A stretch of 63,580 nt of DNA, filler included. It is 6 parts of 6 records of this genome, joined end to end, with 100 filler letters (N's around TTAATTAATTAA, not from the genome) between each part and the next. Parts side by side here need not be neighbours in the genome. Positions count along the whole stretch, not along the records: positions 7,629 to 15,428 come from SRR2962707_1347; positions 15,529 to 39,714 come from SRR2962707_1361; 4 more parts are not named here. One strand, given 5' to 3'. Shown in pieces: positions 10,350 to 19,788 of the stretch. Position 1 is the first letter of the stretch. Each line of letters opens with the position of its first letter. A model generated the notes under the pieces. That model worked only from the letters and a program-made list of their open reading frames with translations. It searched no databases and was not told the origin of the DNA. The translations under genes and the position numbers were made by a program.

Positions 10350-13300
10350 TCACTCACTCGGGTCAGAGCCATGGTCTGGGAATAGTTGGAAGCAGTTCTC
10401 TTTGACACGCGGGAGCACCTCTTCACGCACAATAGCTGCTGTGTCGAGCTCTGGGCCAAACAGGGCATTTGCCATGATCAACTCAGAATGCTCAGCCCGC
10501 GCAATCGGGTCAACATTGTCCCGCACTAATGTGGCCATCAAACCACGATCAAAGCAATGCGTTGCCGCCACCATTACATGAAGACTGGCACAACAGGGCA
10601 CAGGATGGGAAAGCTTGTGAGTGCTGAGTCAGTCAGGGTCTGGTGCAATTCAACGGATAATGTTGCCGAAAGCAGTGGGTAACAATCCAATCACTCGATA
10701 GCCAAAACACAAAAGTACCTGCAGCCAACGAGAGGCAAAGAACCTGATCGAGAAAGTGCATCCAGAAGATCGAACGCGCGTTCACGTTCATTGCGTTGGC
10801 TCTCCTGTGACAGGCTGCGGCTTTTGGGTTTTGAAAGCAGGCCATCTTGCTCAGTCTTGCTCCACGTTTCTCCTGCAGCCATTTTGGTTGGCCGGAGGCA
10901 ATCGAAAAGGTCTTGCTTGTCAAACGCAGCGTTGAGTTCGTGCGGGAGACGTGTGTAGTCAACAAACTCGGGCTTTGCCGGCACCACTGTCAATTCATTG
11001 ACTGAGGCGTCTCCTGCATCCGTTTGTTCTGCATTGTGGCCGTCCTGATCGTTACTCTTCTTGCCATCACTGCCTGAAGCAGTGCCTGAGCCACGGCTGT
11101 CACTGTCGTCGCTGTCGTCGTCGCTGTTGTCGCTGCTGGCCCGAAGTTGACGACGGCGGTCTCGAACACTGTTTCGCAAGGCGTTCATGGAAGCGCCACT
11201 GTCGCTGTCGCTGCTGCTGCTTTCGTCACTGCTGCTGTGCAAGCTGTTCTCATCGTAGCTTGATGACAAGCTGCTGTCTGAAGAATCATCGAACCTTGAC
11301 AAGTTTACGGCGCCTTTAGTAGCACGCTGATGCAGCAAGCGCGGCATGTTCGTTTCAAGCAAGCAGCACACCAAGAAAAGGCAGTGAGAAACACACATGG
11401 CGGGAGCTTTACTTGTTTGACCACAACAACGGAACGCTCATCCACCTGTTTCATGTCATGAAGCTCTTCTTTTTTCTGGCCTGCAATCATATCGTCCAGA
11501 GCTTGAATGTGCCGTTTTACGGCACTTACACGTTCATGGGCAGGAACCAATGTTTCGTCGTCAATGACACTGTCATCTTGAGCGCTGAACGACAACAGGT
11601 CCGAAGGAATTTGGTATCTGCAGGGACAAAACAGTTCGTTATGGTGGCAAGCGACAGGCAGGTCGTCAGTAGGCAAAGTTGTGGTAGCGTTTCATGTTGC
11701 AGCAAAGCCAGGCAAACAACAACTGACTCGATGAACAGCTTCATGAGGTCTTGGCACATCTGCACTTCCTTCGTGAGGGCTCTGGGAGGGAGGTTCAACA
11801 GCCGTTCCAAATTTGGTTTGATTTGCACAGTTGCCACTGCGAATAACGTACCGGACAACTGCATGCCTCGATAACTGACACGCCCAAACACACAGACACG
11901 CAGCAACATTCACTTGCGAGCGGCGCACCGCATCTGTAATGACTGTGGACCACGAACAGCAGCCCGTCCCTCCCCCCTCCCCCCTCCCGCTTTGTTCACC
12001 ACGTACGCCTTTGCAAACGCCTGCTGTTCCGGAGACAGCGACGAAACTTTCTTACGAAATTGTTTCGGCGTTGGAATCGTTGTGAGAATAAGAGGGATTT
12101 TGACCTCGTCCTTGTTCTGAAATACCAGTCCGTCCATGCCATTCAAAAGCGCACCACAAGATAGGCATTTTCAAATTAGACTCTAAAGAACATGTTGAGA
12201 TATGTGCTGCCGCAAGAACCGGGCCGGTGCACATGCAAAGAACGCAGGGTACCTTCAAAATCAGCGCGTGGGTTGCGTTGAATTCGTCGCCGGCATTCAA
12301 GGAGCCAAGCAACAGAATAAAGGACGAAAACTGCCGCGCACGAGCAATCAATGATGAAGGTGGGGCGGCAGCTGACGCTGCAGCGACATGTTCAGCCCGA
12401 CCAGATGCTGGTCGCGGTTGTGAGCAGCGGCTCATGCAGTTCTGGCAAACAGCCCACTTGCAAAGCGAGCACGAGTGGCTACCAGTCGATGATAAGCAGA
12501 AAGCAGACCACATGGAGTGCCAAAATTAGAAGAAAGCAGCTCGGTTACAGCATCCACAAGCAAACCAGGCTCAGTGGGAACGCGAAGTCTTCGAACGAAC
12601 CACTGTGCCGTTGAGCGAAGTAGCTGCGAGCACATTTTGCATCTCTTCAGTTTCACATCCACCGACTGCTCCGTCGACAGCGAGTGCATAGCTGGGCATC
12701 GCAGCACAGGTTGTGGACGAGGTGGCGCAGCAGGGCCCTGCCCCGGATTGCAGCTGAACTGGTGCAAGACCTGAGCGTGCACAAAGTGCTCGCCTTGCAA
12801 TTGGACCTCCATCCCAGCACCAAGTGGCAGGCGCATAGCATGCCCGACTTGGCGATAGCGAACAGTGGTTGCAATTGGCTGGTGGTCGCCATCTGTCTCA
12901 AGGCTCAAAATCCCTTCAGGGTAATGATCTGGGCGTCGAATCGGGTAGCTGAAAGCCTGCGGCGTAAAGTCAGGCTTGAACAGCGTGCGGCGATGATGCA
13001 CCATGTATGCGGCGAAATCTGTCGGTGTCAACTCCTTGCCAATGGCTTCCACAAGTTGGCGGCGCAGCATCGCTTCAACTGCATCCACAACCTGAGCCGT
13101 GCGCAAGCACAACAAGCCACGCAATGAGTGTGGCAACCGAAAATGCAAATCATGGCCTCACTTGATAACCACAGGAGCACGAACCATTCCATGTGCAGCC
13201 CAAATGTCCAAGCTGGCATGGCCACACACTCGAACGGCTCCTTCGGCTGTCGTGCGTAAGCCAAGCTCAATGGGGGTTGCCGCCGACGGTGCTTGGCCAA

Positions 13301-15324
13301 GCTCGGCAAAAAAGTGGCCAGCCGGAAGCTCACTAGATAAGCTGACAAGCTTGGCTCGCAATTGGGCCCGATGGTGCTGCAGCAGCTGGTCAAAATCAAC
13401 AGCCGAAAGTTGCACGCTTGAGGCGTCTTGCTCAAGCTGGTTCCCAGCCAAGAAGCTTGGCGTGTTCGCGGGACTGACATGAGAGTCACCATCCTCAGGG
13501 AGTGCAGCAGGCAGGAGTCGCTGTGCGACAGGGCCACGGTCTTCCAGCATTGCGAATACCGGGATCTGATCAAGCAGAATCGACCGGAAGTTAGAAAGTG
13601 AGGCAGTTCAAGGTCGCGCTGAAACTCGCAAGGTCTGGCTTGGACAACATACGGGGTTAAACACGTCGCGCGCCACACTCGACCGACTGAGACAGTTTGC
13701 AATCTGGAAGTTGCCATGTGACGCATAGCTGCGATACACCTGTGCCAATGCAGCGGTGATGGTGGATGCCCACTTGGAAAGCGCTGCGCCCCCCTACCAG
13801 CAAGCAAGCAACCTGGTCACGAACAAAGCGATTGTATTCCCACTTGCTTGACCGCGGAGAAACATTAGACTCGGGATCACTGGCAAAATCCAACCTGCAG
13901 GACTTCGAGAATGTCTGGATTGTTCGATGGGGTGTGGCACTCACGGCGGGTTCGATCAATAGCAAAGCGAATAAGCGCTGGAGGGGCATCTACGGTCGGG
14001 GCCGGCGATGCGCTTTCATCAGGTGCGGCACGCGATGCACAAGCCAGGCACATGTCGAACTCGCAGATGCTGCACGCATGCAAACGGTCACCGTCGGGAA
14101 TGCCTAGGTCACACACGTCGCAGGCGCGTGACTTCGCAGTCCCTGGAGAAAGCAGGTGATTCATCTCACACGTGAGCTGCGGTCCTGAAAAGCCGTTGCT
14201 GCTCCAATCCGAATTAGGGTCTTCGGCAGCGGCAGCGGCGGCAGCGTTCGCAGCGCCGCCGGCCGACGCTTCCAGTTGTTCGACTTCTTGCTTTTCACTT
14301 TTTTTGCTCGAATCTGCCACTTTTGCAACCGGAAGATCCTCGTCAGGCTCGTCACTGTTGCTGGCGTCAATCCAGATGAACTTCAACAGCCATGTGAGGT
14401 CAACATCAAGAGGGTCCGCAGAACTTTGCGCCGGCAAAGGCCACTCGCTTTGTTCTGGCTGGGTTAATGATTCACGGGCATGTTTGAAAGCCTTGGAATC
14501 GATATTGTTGGCCTCAGTCACGACCTATCAAGACATGCACAAGCCACCCAACACAGGAAATTGCTTTGTGACCTGGGAGAGCGGCGCATATCCAGAAGCA
14601 TGGCTGAAAGTTCGTATTCGAAGGCTTCTTCACGCACCTCGTCGTGGCCAGTGCGGCGACGCAGTGCCATTGCTGCATCGGGGGACTTGAACGCACCGAC
14701 GTAGGCGCTGACGCACCAAGTTGCCTGGAAATCCCAATGGTGGTGATACGTCGTCTTGACCGTGCTCATCAAGAGCGTACGCTTGCTCCGCTCTTCACGT
14801 TTCGTGGTTTTCAAAAACGTGCACGTAGACGCCACATCGAAGCGTAGTGTGATGGTTTGTCGGCCTTGCTGAGCCTGCGTTTGCAAGGCGCGCAGTCGTT
14901 CTCCCGAGAGCCCGAAGCCATCGCAGAGAATGTTGAGCTGCGCTACCAACGCCGCTTGCGTTGCGCGCTCAACAATTGCATACCTGCATACGCACGCACG
15001 CGCGCACACACCCACACACACGCAAGTGTGAGCGAGAATACATTGCGATCAATAAGCGCAGGCATGGAAATCAGGACGTAAAGATTGGGTGTGTGCAATA
15101 CAAGTAATCAAATGATACACGTGGAGAAAACGTGACCCAAAAAGCGAAAGCAGGGTCACGCGATCAGTTGCCGTCACTTGAACGCACTTGTCATTGTACG
15201 CGTGTGGCACGTCCGCCGCGTACTGCGGTGTGCGCGTTGCATCCAGCACCTGGCGCACGGCCGCCAGTGCCGCGTCCACACTGCTGCGCATCTGAAGCTC
15301 GGCCACAGCCGCAGCACTTGCCAT
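10350..15324 (-). CDS. Uncharacterised eukaryotic multi-exon protein with Cys-rich insert and Ser/Asp-rich segment
   Basis: Minus-strand ORF pieces join at GT-AG junctions (exon1 15324-15188, exon2 14983-14638, exon3 from 14524; GTGCGT donors). Protein-like blocks include YPIRRPDHYPEGILSLE, ARQFSSFILLLG, LSPEQQAFAKAY, IKPNLERLLNLP, AFDLLDALSRSGSLP and HVMVAATHCFD. Internal exon boundaries not all resolved. Confidence 0.75.
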
Positions 15325-15403
15325 GGTGAAGCGAGGAAGAATGAATCACAATTGCACCAAAAGCAAAGCTCAACAACAGCAACAACAGCAAGCACAATAT
15401 GAA

Positions 15404-15428
15404 AACAACAACAACAACAACAACAACA
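15404..15428. repeat. (CAA)n microsatellite at contig end
   Basis: aacaacaac... directly before the spacer. Confidence 0.95.
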
Positions 15429-15528
15429 NNNNNNNNNNNNNNNNNNNNNNNNNNNNNNNNNNNNNNNNNNNNTTAATTAATTAANNNNNNNNNNNNNNNN
15501 NNNNNNNNNNNNNNNNNNNNNNNNNNNN
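15429..15528. other. Artificial contig spacer
   Basis: N-run with TTAATTAATTAA. Confidence 0.99.
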
Positions 15529-15892
15529 CGACATCAACGACGAAGGCATCATCAAGATTGCGTCGCCAAATGGCGAAGCGATTAAGAAAGCCTACGACAT
15601 GATCTACTCGATCGTTGCAGAGCCTGAAGAAGGCAAAGTCTACGACGGTAAAGTTGTGAAAATCGTTGATTTCGGTGCTTTCGTGAACTTCTTCGGTAAG
15701 CGTGATGGCCTTGTGCACGTCAGCCAAATCGAAAACCGTCGCCTGAACCATCCTTCAGATGTTCTGAAAGAAGGCCAGGACGTTAAGGTTAAGCTTTTGG
15801 GCTTTGACGATCGCGGCAAAGTGCGTCTTTCGATGAAAGTTGTCGACCAGACAACTGGCGAAGAAGTCGTCGCTGAGAAAAAAGAAGACTAA
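15529..15892 (+). CDS. pnp: Polynucleotide phosphorylase, C-terminal KH/S1 fragment
   Basis: [12 protein letters not shown]...[30 protein letters not shown]...[10 protein letters not shown]. Confidence 0.95.
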
Positions 15893-15938
15893 GTCTTCAA
15901 TCTTGCCTGACACCTAGGTGCGCAGGGCAAAATTTGGC

Positions 15939-15968
15939 AAACCCCGGTCTGGAAGGATCGGGGTTTTT
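15939..15968 (+). terminator. Rho-independent terminator after pnp
   Basis: AAACCCCGGTCT-GGAA-GGATCGGGGTTTTT stem-loop with U tail. Confidence 0.8.
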
Positions 15969-16219
15969 CAATTGAAAGTCGGGTATTCCAGACTGTGCGA
16001 AATCCGTTAGTCCCTTAAAAGAGATCCCATCCAAAAAGCTTCATCGCCCCCGACGAAGTTAGCGGACAACGCATCCCACTCACGGATTGATGCGTGCCCT
16101 AATTGGCCTCGGTTTCCAGAACCGGGGCCAAACAATACCGGATACACCCGTTCGCATCTTTTCTGGTAATCCCCTTGGATGACGCTACTCTCTCCAATGC
16201 GGTGAGAGAGGAAATCCTG

Positions 16220-16798
16220 ATGCGTAAACTTCAAGTCCAAGGTGTTCATCATATTACCCTGACAGGCGCAGACCGTCAGACCTCGATTGATTTTTGGGAA
16301 GGCGTGCTGGGCATGCCCTTTGTGTTTGACCAACCCAATCTCGACAATCCCGACGAAGGTCACTTGTATTTTGATCCCGGCGACGGACGCTTGATCACGA
16401 TCTTCACCAATGAATCGCGCAAAGCAGATAGGCGGCGTACCCCCACCGAGCCCGGATGCGTGCACCACCTGGCCTTCAATGTGTCCCGTGCGACGTGGCT
16501 TCAAGTTGCTAACCGATTGGACGCGCGTGGGATCGAACATTCTGGCCCGAAGGATCGCGGGTTCATGGACTCCATCTACTTCAAGGATCCACTTGGTTTC
16601 TTGATTGAGCTGGCGTGTTACAAATTTGAACCGCCGGTCGGCTGCACCCATGCGGATGTGATGATCCAAGCTCATAGGCTCCGGGTCGAAAACGGCGACC
16701 ATAATATTCAAGAGGTGCATTTGGCCGATGCCATCGAAATATTGGTCGAGAAACGCCAACAGTCCTTATCCACAGATCGCGGCGCAAAGACGTATTGA
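16220..16798 (+). CDS. VOC/glyoxalase family protein
   Basis: GVHHITL, HLYFD, VHHLAF, SIYFKDPLGFLIELA; ATG 16220 after a GAGAGG RBS. Confidence 0.88.
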   Translation: MRKLQVQGVHHITLTGADRQTSIDFWEGVLGMPFVFDQPNLDNPDEGHLYFDPGDGRLITIFTNESRKADRRRTPTEPGCVHHLAFNVSRATWLQVANRLDARGIEHSGPKDRGFMDSIYFKDPLGFLIELACYKFEPPVGCTHADVMIQAHRLRVENGDHNIQEVHLADAIEILVEKRQQSLSTDRGAKTY

Positions 16799-16905
16799 GC
16801 GCCTTCCATTTGGCAAAAGGAATTTGAAGCACCCGGCAACTTTCACAAGAAAGGCTGGTCGTTTTTCTCTTTCCCAACTGGTGTGACCTGTGCCACGATC
16901 TTCGC

Positions 16906-17841
16906 ATGGAAAACAAATTCACAACTCTTTCTGGCGCGCCAGTTGCGCCCTATGCCTTTGGCACAATGCAGTTTGGCGGCAACGCGGATGCATCTGCCAG
17001 TCGCGCGATGTATGATGCAAGCCGCGCGGCTGGGATTACTCACTTTGATACCGCTTATGTCTATACTGGTGGCAAATCTGAAACCATGTTGGGCGAATAT
17101 GCCGGAGCTGAGCGGGACGACGTCTATATCGCCACTAAAGCCAGCTACGACGGCGGGGCATCCCGCGAAAACATTCTCAAGACATTTGATGAAAGTCGCA
17201 CAAGGCTGGGGATGGACAGCGTCGACTTGCTTTATATGCATCGTTGGGACGACACGACACCGCTGGACGAAACCTTCGAAACCTTGGCAGACATGCAGTC
17301 ACGAGGCTTATTCCGTCACATTGGCGTGTCGAATTACGCCGCATGGCAAGTCATGAAAGCTCAGGCCGTTGCCGCCAAGCACGGAACCAAAATCGATGTC
17401 CTGCAACCGATGTATAATCTGGTGAAGCGACAAGCCGAGGTCGAGATCCTGCCGATGTGTGCGTCAGAAGGTATTTTGCCCTGCACCTATTCCCCTTTGG
17501 GCGGTGGTTTGCTGACAGGCAAATACGCAGGCGGTGGCCAAGGGCGTCTTGTGAGCGATGAACGCTATGCTGCCCGCTATGGCCAACCGGCAATGTATGA
17601 CACAGCGACAAATCTAAGTTCATTGGCCGCAGACATGGGTGTTAATCCAGCAACGCTGGCCGTGGCATGGGTCGCACGTCAAAGCGCCCACCCGGTCCCC
17701 ATCCTATCGGCACGATCCATTGAACAGCTCGCTCCCTCTTTGGCCGCGCTGTCTTTTGACATGGACGATGCCCTTTATGAGAAGGTCACGACGCTCAGCC
17801 AGACACCGCCGCCTGCGACGGACCGTCTGGAAGAAGCCTAA
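16906..17841 (+). CDS. Aldo/keto reductase
   Basis: FGTMQFG, FDTAYVY, IATK, DLLYMHRWD, IGVSNY, QPMYNL, YSPLGGGLLTGKY. Confidence 0.92.
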   Translation: MENKFTTLSGAPVAPYAFGTMQFGGNADASASRAMYDASRAAGITHFDTAYVYTGGKSETMLGEYAGAERDDVYIATKASYDGGASRENILKTFDESRTRLGMDSVDLLYMHRWDDTTPLDETFETLADMQSRGLFRHIGVSNYAAWQVMKAQAVAAKHGTKIDVLQPMYNLVKRQAEVEILPMCASEGILPCTYSPLGGGLLTGKYAGGGQGRLVSDERYAARYGQPAMYDTATNLSSLAADMGVNPATLAVAWVARQSAHPVPILSARSIEQLAPSLAALSFDMDDALYEKVTTLSQTPPPATDRLEEA

Positions 17842-17853
17842 GCGCCGCGCCCC

Positions 17854-18528
17854 TTAGCGCCACTCTACAACCTCAGCCAATGGTGCCCGCGTTGTGCGAA
17901 AACTGTTGGCTGGGTGCGATGTGTCTGCCTTGCCAAAGGCGATGCCGCATAAAATATCTCGGTCTTCGGCAATATCAAACCATGTGCGCATGAATGGGGA
18001 AAACCCGGCCACAGAAGCCATCGCTATTGCACCGATACCCCGCGCCTCCATCCCCAACAGCACGGCCGACACAAACGCCCCGCAATCAAGCACTCCGTAG
18101 CTGCCCAAAGCTTTGGGCGTGGTCACCAGCATAAAATGCGGCGCGCCGAACAATCGGAAGTTTTCCATCATTTGCAGGCCAGAGGCCGCACGGTCACCCT
18201 TTTCCACCCCTACAGCATCATAAAGCTGCCAGCCACAATCGCGCCGCCGCTCTCGATACACCCCCTCATAGGCTGTCGGAAAATCAATATCGGCTTGGTG
18301 GGTCGCTTTCACGGCATGGGCGTATAGCGCATGGCGCAGCCGGTCCGTTTCTTCAGCTCCACACACCGTGACCTTCCAAGGTTGAGAGTTACACCATGAC
18401 GGCACTTTCTGCGCTGCATGCAACACGGTTTCGACCTCTTCCCGCAGAATAGGCTCGGACAAATAGGCCCGGCACGAATGACGCGCCTCCAAAAGAGTGT
18501 GAAAGGCGTGTTCCAAGTCCTGTGTCAT
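17854..18528 (-). CDS. Nitroreductase family protein
   Basis: RHSCRAY, PSWCNSQPW, FGAPH, DCGAF, LCGIAFG. Confidence 0.9.
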   Translation of the reverse strand: MTQDLEHAFHTLLEARHSCRAYLSEPILREEVETVLHAAQKVPSWCNSQPWKVTVCGAEETDRLRHALYAHAVKATHQADIDFPTAYEGVYRERRRDCGWQLYDAVGVEKGDRAASGLQMMENFRLFGAPHFMLVTTPKALGSYGVLDCGAFVSAVLLGMEARGIGAIAMASVAGFSPFMRTWFDIAEDRDILCGIAFGKADTSHPANSFRTTRAPLAEVVEWR

Positions 18529-19625
18529 AGCAAACCTCGCTGAGTGAGTTCATTGAGAATGTCCTGGGTATGCTGTCCCCGTTTTGCCGGCGCAGAAGGT
18601 TTTCTCGGCCCTCTGGTATCGAAACGCGGTGCAGCTGCTGGTGCCCCTTCCTGCCAGATGCCGCGGGCCAAAATATGCGGATCATTTTGGGCGCCATGCG
18701 GAGAATGCACTGGACCGACACAAGCGTCTGACCCAGCAAATAATTCCAGCCAATGCGCCTGAGGCTGATCTAAAAACAATGCTTCCAATCGCTTGGTCAA
18801 AACCGGCCAAAGCCCTCGTTCAAACTGTTGGGAAAAATCCAAATCCTTGGACAGCCCCATTAGTTCCAAAAAATTGTTGTAGAATTTGGGTTCCAGACAT
18901 TGGACCGCAATATGTCTGCCGTCGGAACAGACGTAAACGCGGCTCCAGTGCGGACCATCTAACAGGGACTGCCCCCGTGATGTGATTGATGTCTGTTCGC
19001 CCATCGACAACAGCAAGGCCATCATATGGCTTGTCCCGTCGACAATGGCCGCATCGACCACACAGCCCTGCCCCGTGCTTTGCGCCTTTAACAATCCTGC
19101 AAGCATACCGACGGCGAGATACATCGCCCCACCGCCAATGTCGCCCAGCATCGTCGGGGGCACAGCTGGGACATCGCCCGGCAGGCCCGCATAAAACAAG
19201 GCGCCGCTCAGCCCCAGATAGTTCAGATCATGCCCGGCCTGTTGCGCGCGCGGCCCCGTTTGCCCCCAGCCGGTCATCCGCCCATAGACGAGGCGAGGAT
19301 TTAGGGCATGCATATCCTTGGGACCAAGGCCCAGCCGTTCCATCACCCCTGGCCGCATGCCTTCGGTCAACCCATCAGCCGTTTGGATCAGGCTCTGCGC
19401 AATCCCGAGGTCTTTTGGCGACTTGAGGTCCAGCGCAATTGAGCGCTTTCCCCGATCCAGCAGATTAGCCTCGGTCTTGCCAGGTGTCTGCGCCGAAGTG
19501 GTCCTATGGATCACAATGACCTCTGCCCCGAGCTCCGCCAAGAGCATACCCGCAAAGGGCGCTGGTCCCAAAGCTTCGACCTCGATAATGCGAATGCCTG
19601 TCAGCATAGGCTCCTCCTGAGCCAT
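18525..19625 (-). CDS. CaiB/BaiF CoA-transferase (alpha-methylacyl-CoA racemase-like)
   Basis: GPAPFAGMLLAELGAEVI, RGKRSIALDLK, RPGVMERLGLG, AGHDLNY, GDIGGG. Confidence 0.92.
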   Translation of the reverse strand: MAQEEPMLTGIRIIEVEALGPAPFAGMLLAELGAEVIVIHRTTSAQTPGKTEANLLDRGKRSIALDLKSPKDLGIAQSLIQTADGLTEGMRPGVMERLGLGPKDMHALNPRLVYGRMTGWGQTGPRAQQAGHDLNYLGLSGALFYAGLPGDVPAVPPTMLGDIGGGAMYLAVGMLAGLLKAQSTGQGCVVDAAIVDGTSHMMALLLSMGEQTSITSRGQSLLDGPHWSRVYVCSDGRHIAVQCLEPKFYNNFLELMGLSKDLDFSQQFERGLWPVLTKRLEALFLDQPQAHWLELFAGSDACVGPVHSPHGAQNDPHILARGIWQEGAPAAAPRFDTRGPRKPSAPAKRGQHTQDILNELTQRGLL

Positions 19626-19679
19626 ATGAGACCCCGAAATGGGGGCAAAGGAAAGTCGCTTTATTGGCCGCCTTCGGAT

Positions 19680-19752
19680 GGGGGCTCTGCCCCGCCCGCC
19701 CCGTTGGGGCGGACTCCCCGGGATATTTGCTGGCCAAAAGATAGAGGGCGCG
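19680..19752 (+). repeat. Intergenic palindromic repeat element (copy 1)
   Basis: GGGGGCTCTGCCCC and CCGCCCC-GTT-GGGGCGG hairpins followed by CGGGATATTTG...AAAGATAGAGGGCGCG; related sequence on the minus strand at 25216-25250. Confidence 0.55.
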
Positions 19753-19767
19753 GTTTTCTTTCGGGTC

Positions 19768-19782
19768 GTTCCGGTTTAGTTC
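19768..19782 (+). promoter_or_regulatory. Alphaproteobacterial LexA (SOS) box upstream of the helicase
   Basis: GTTC-CGGTTTA-GTTC is a perfect GTTC-N7-GTTC, ending 6 nt before the ATG. Confidence 0.8.
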
Positions 19783-19788
19783 TTTTGC

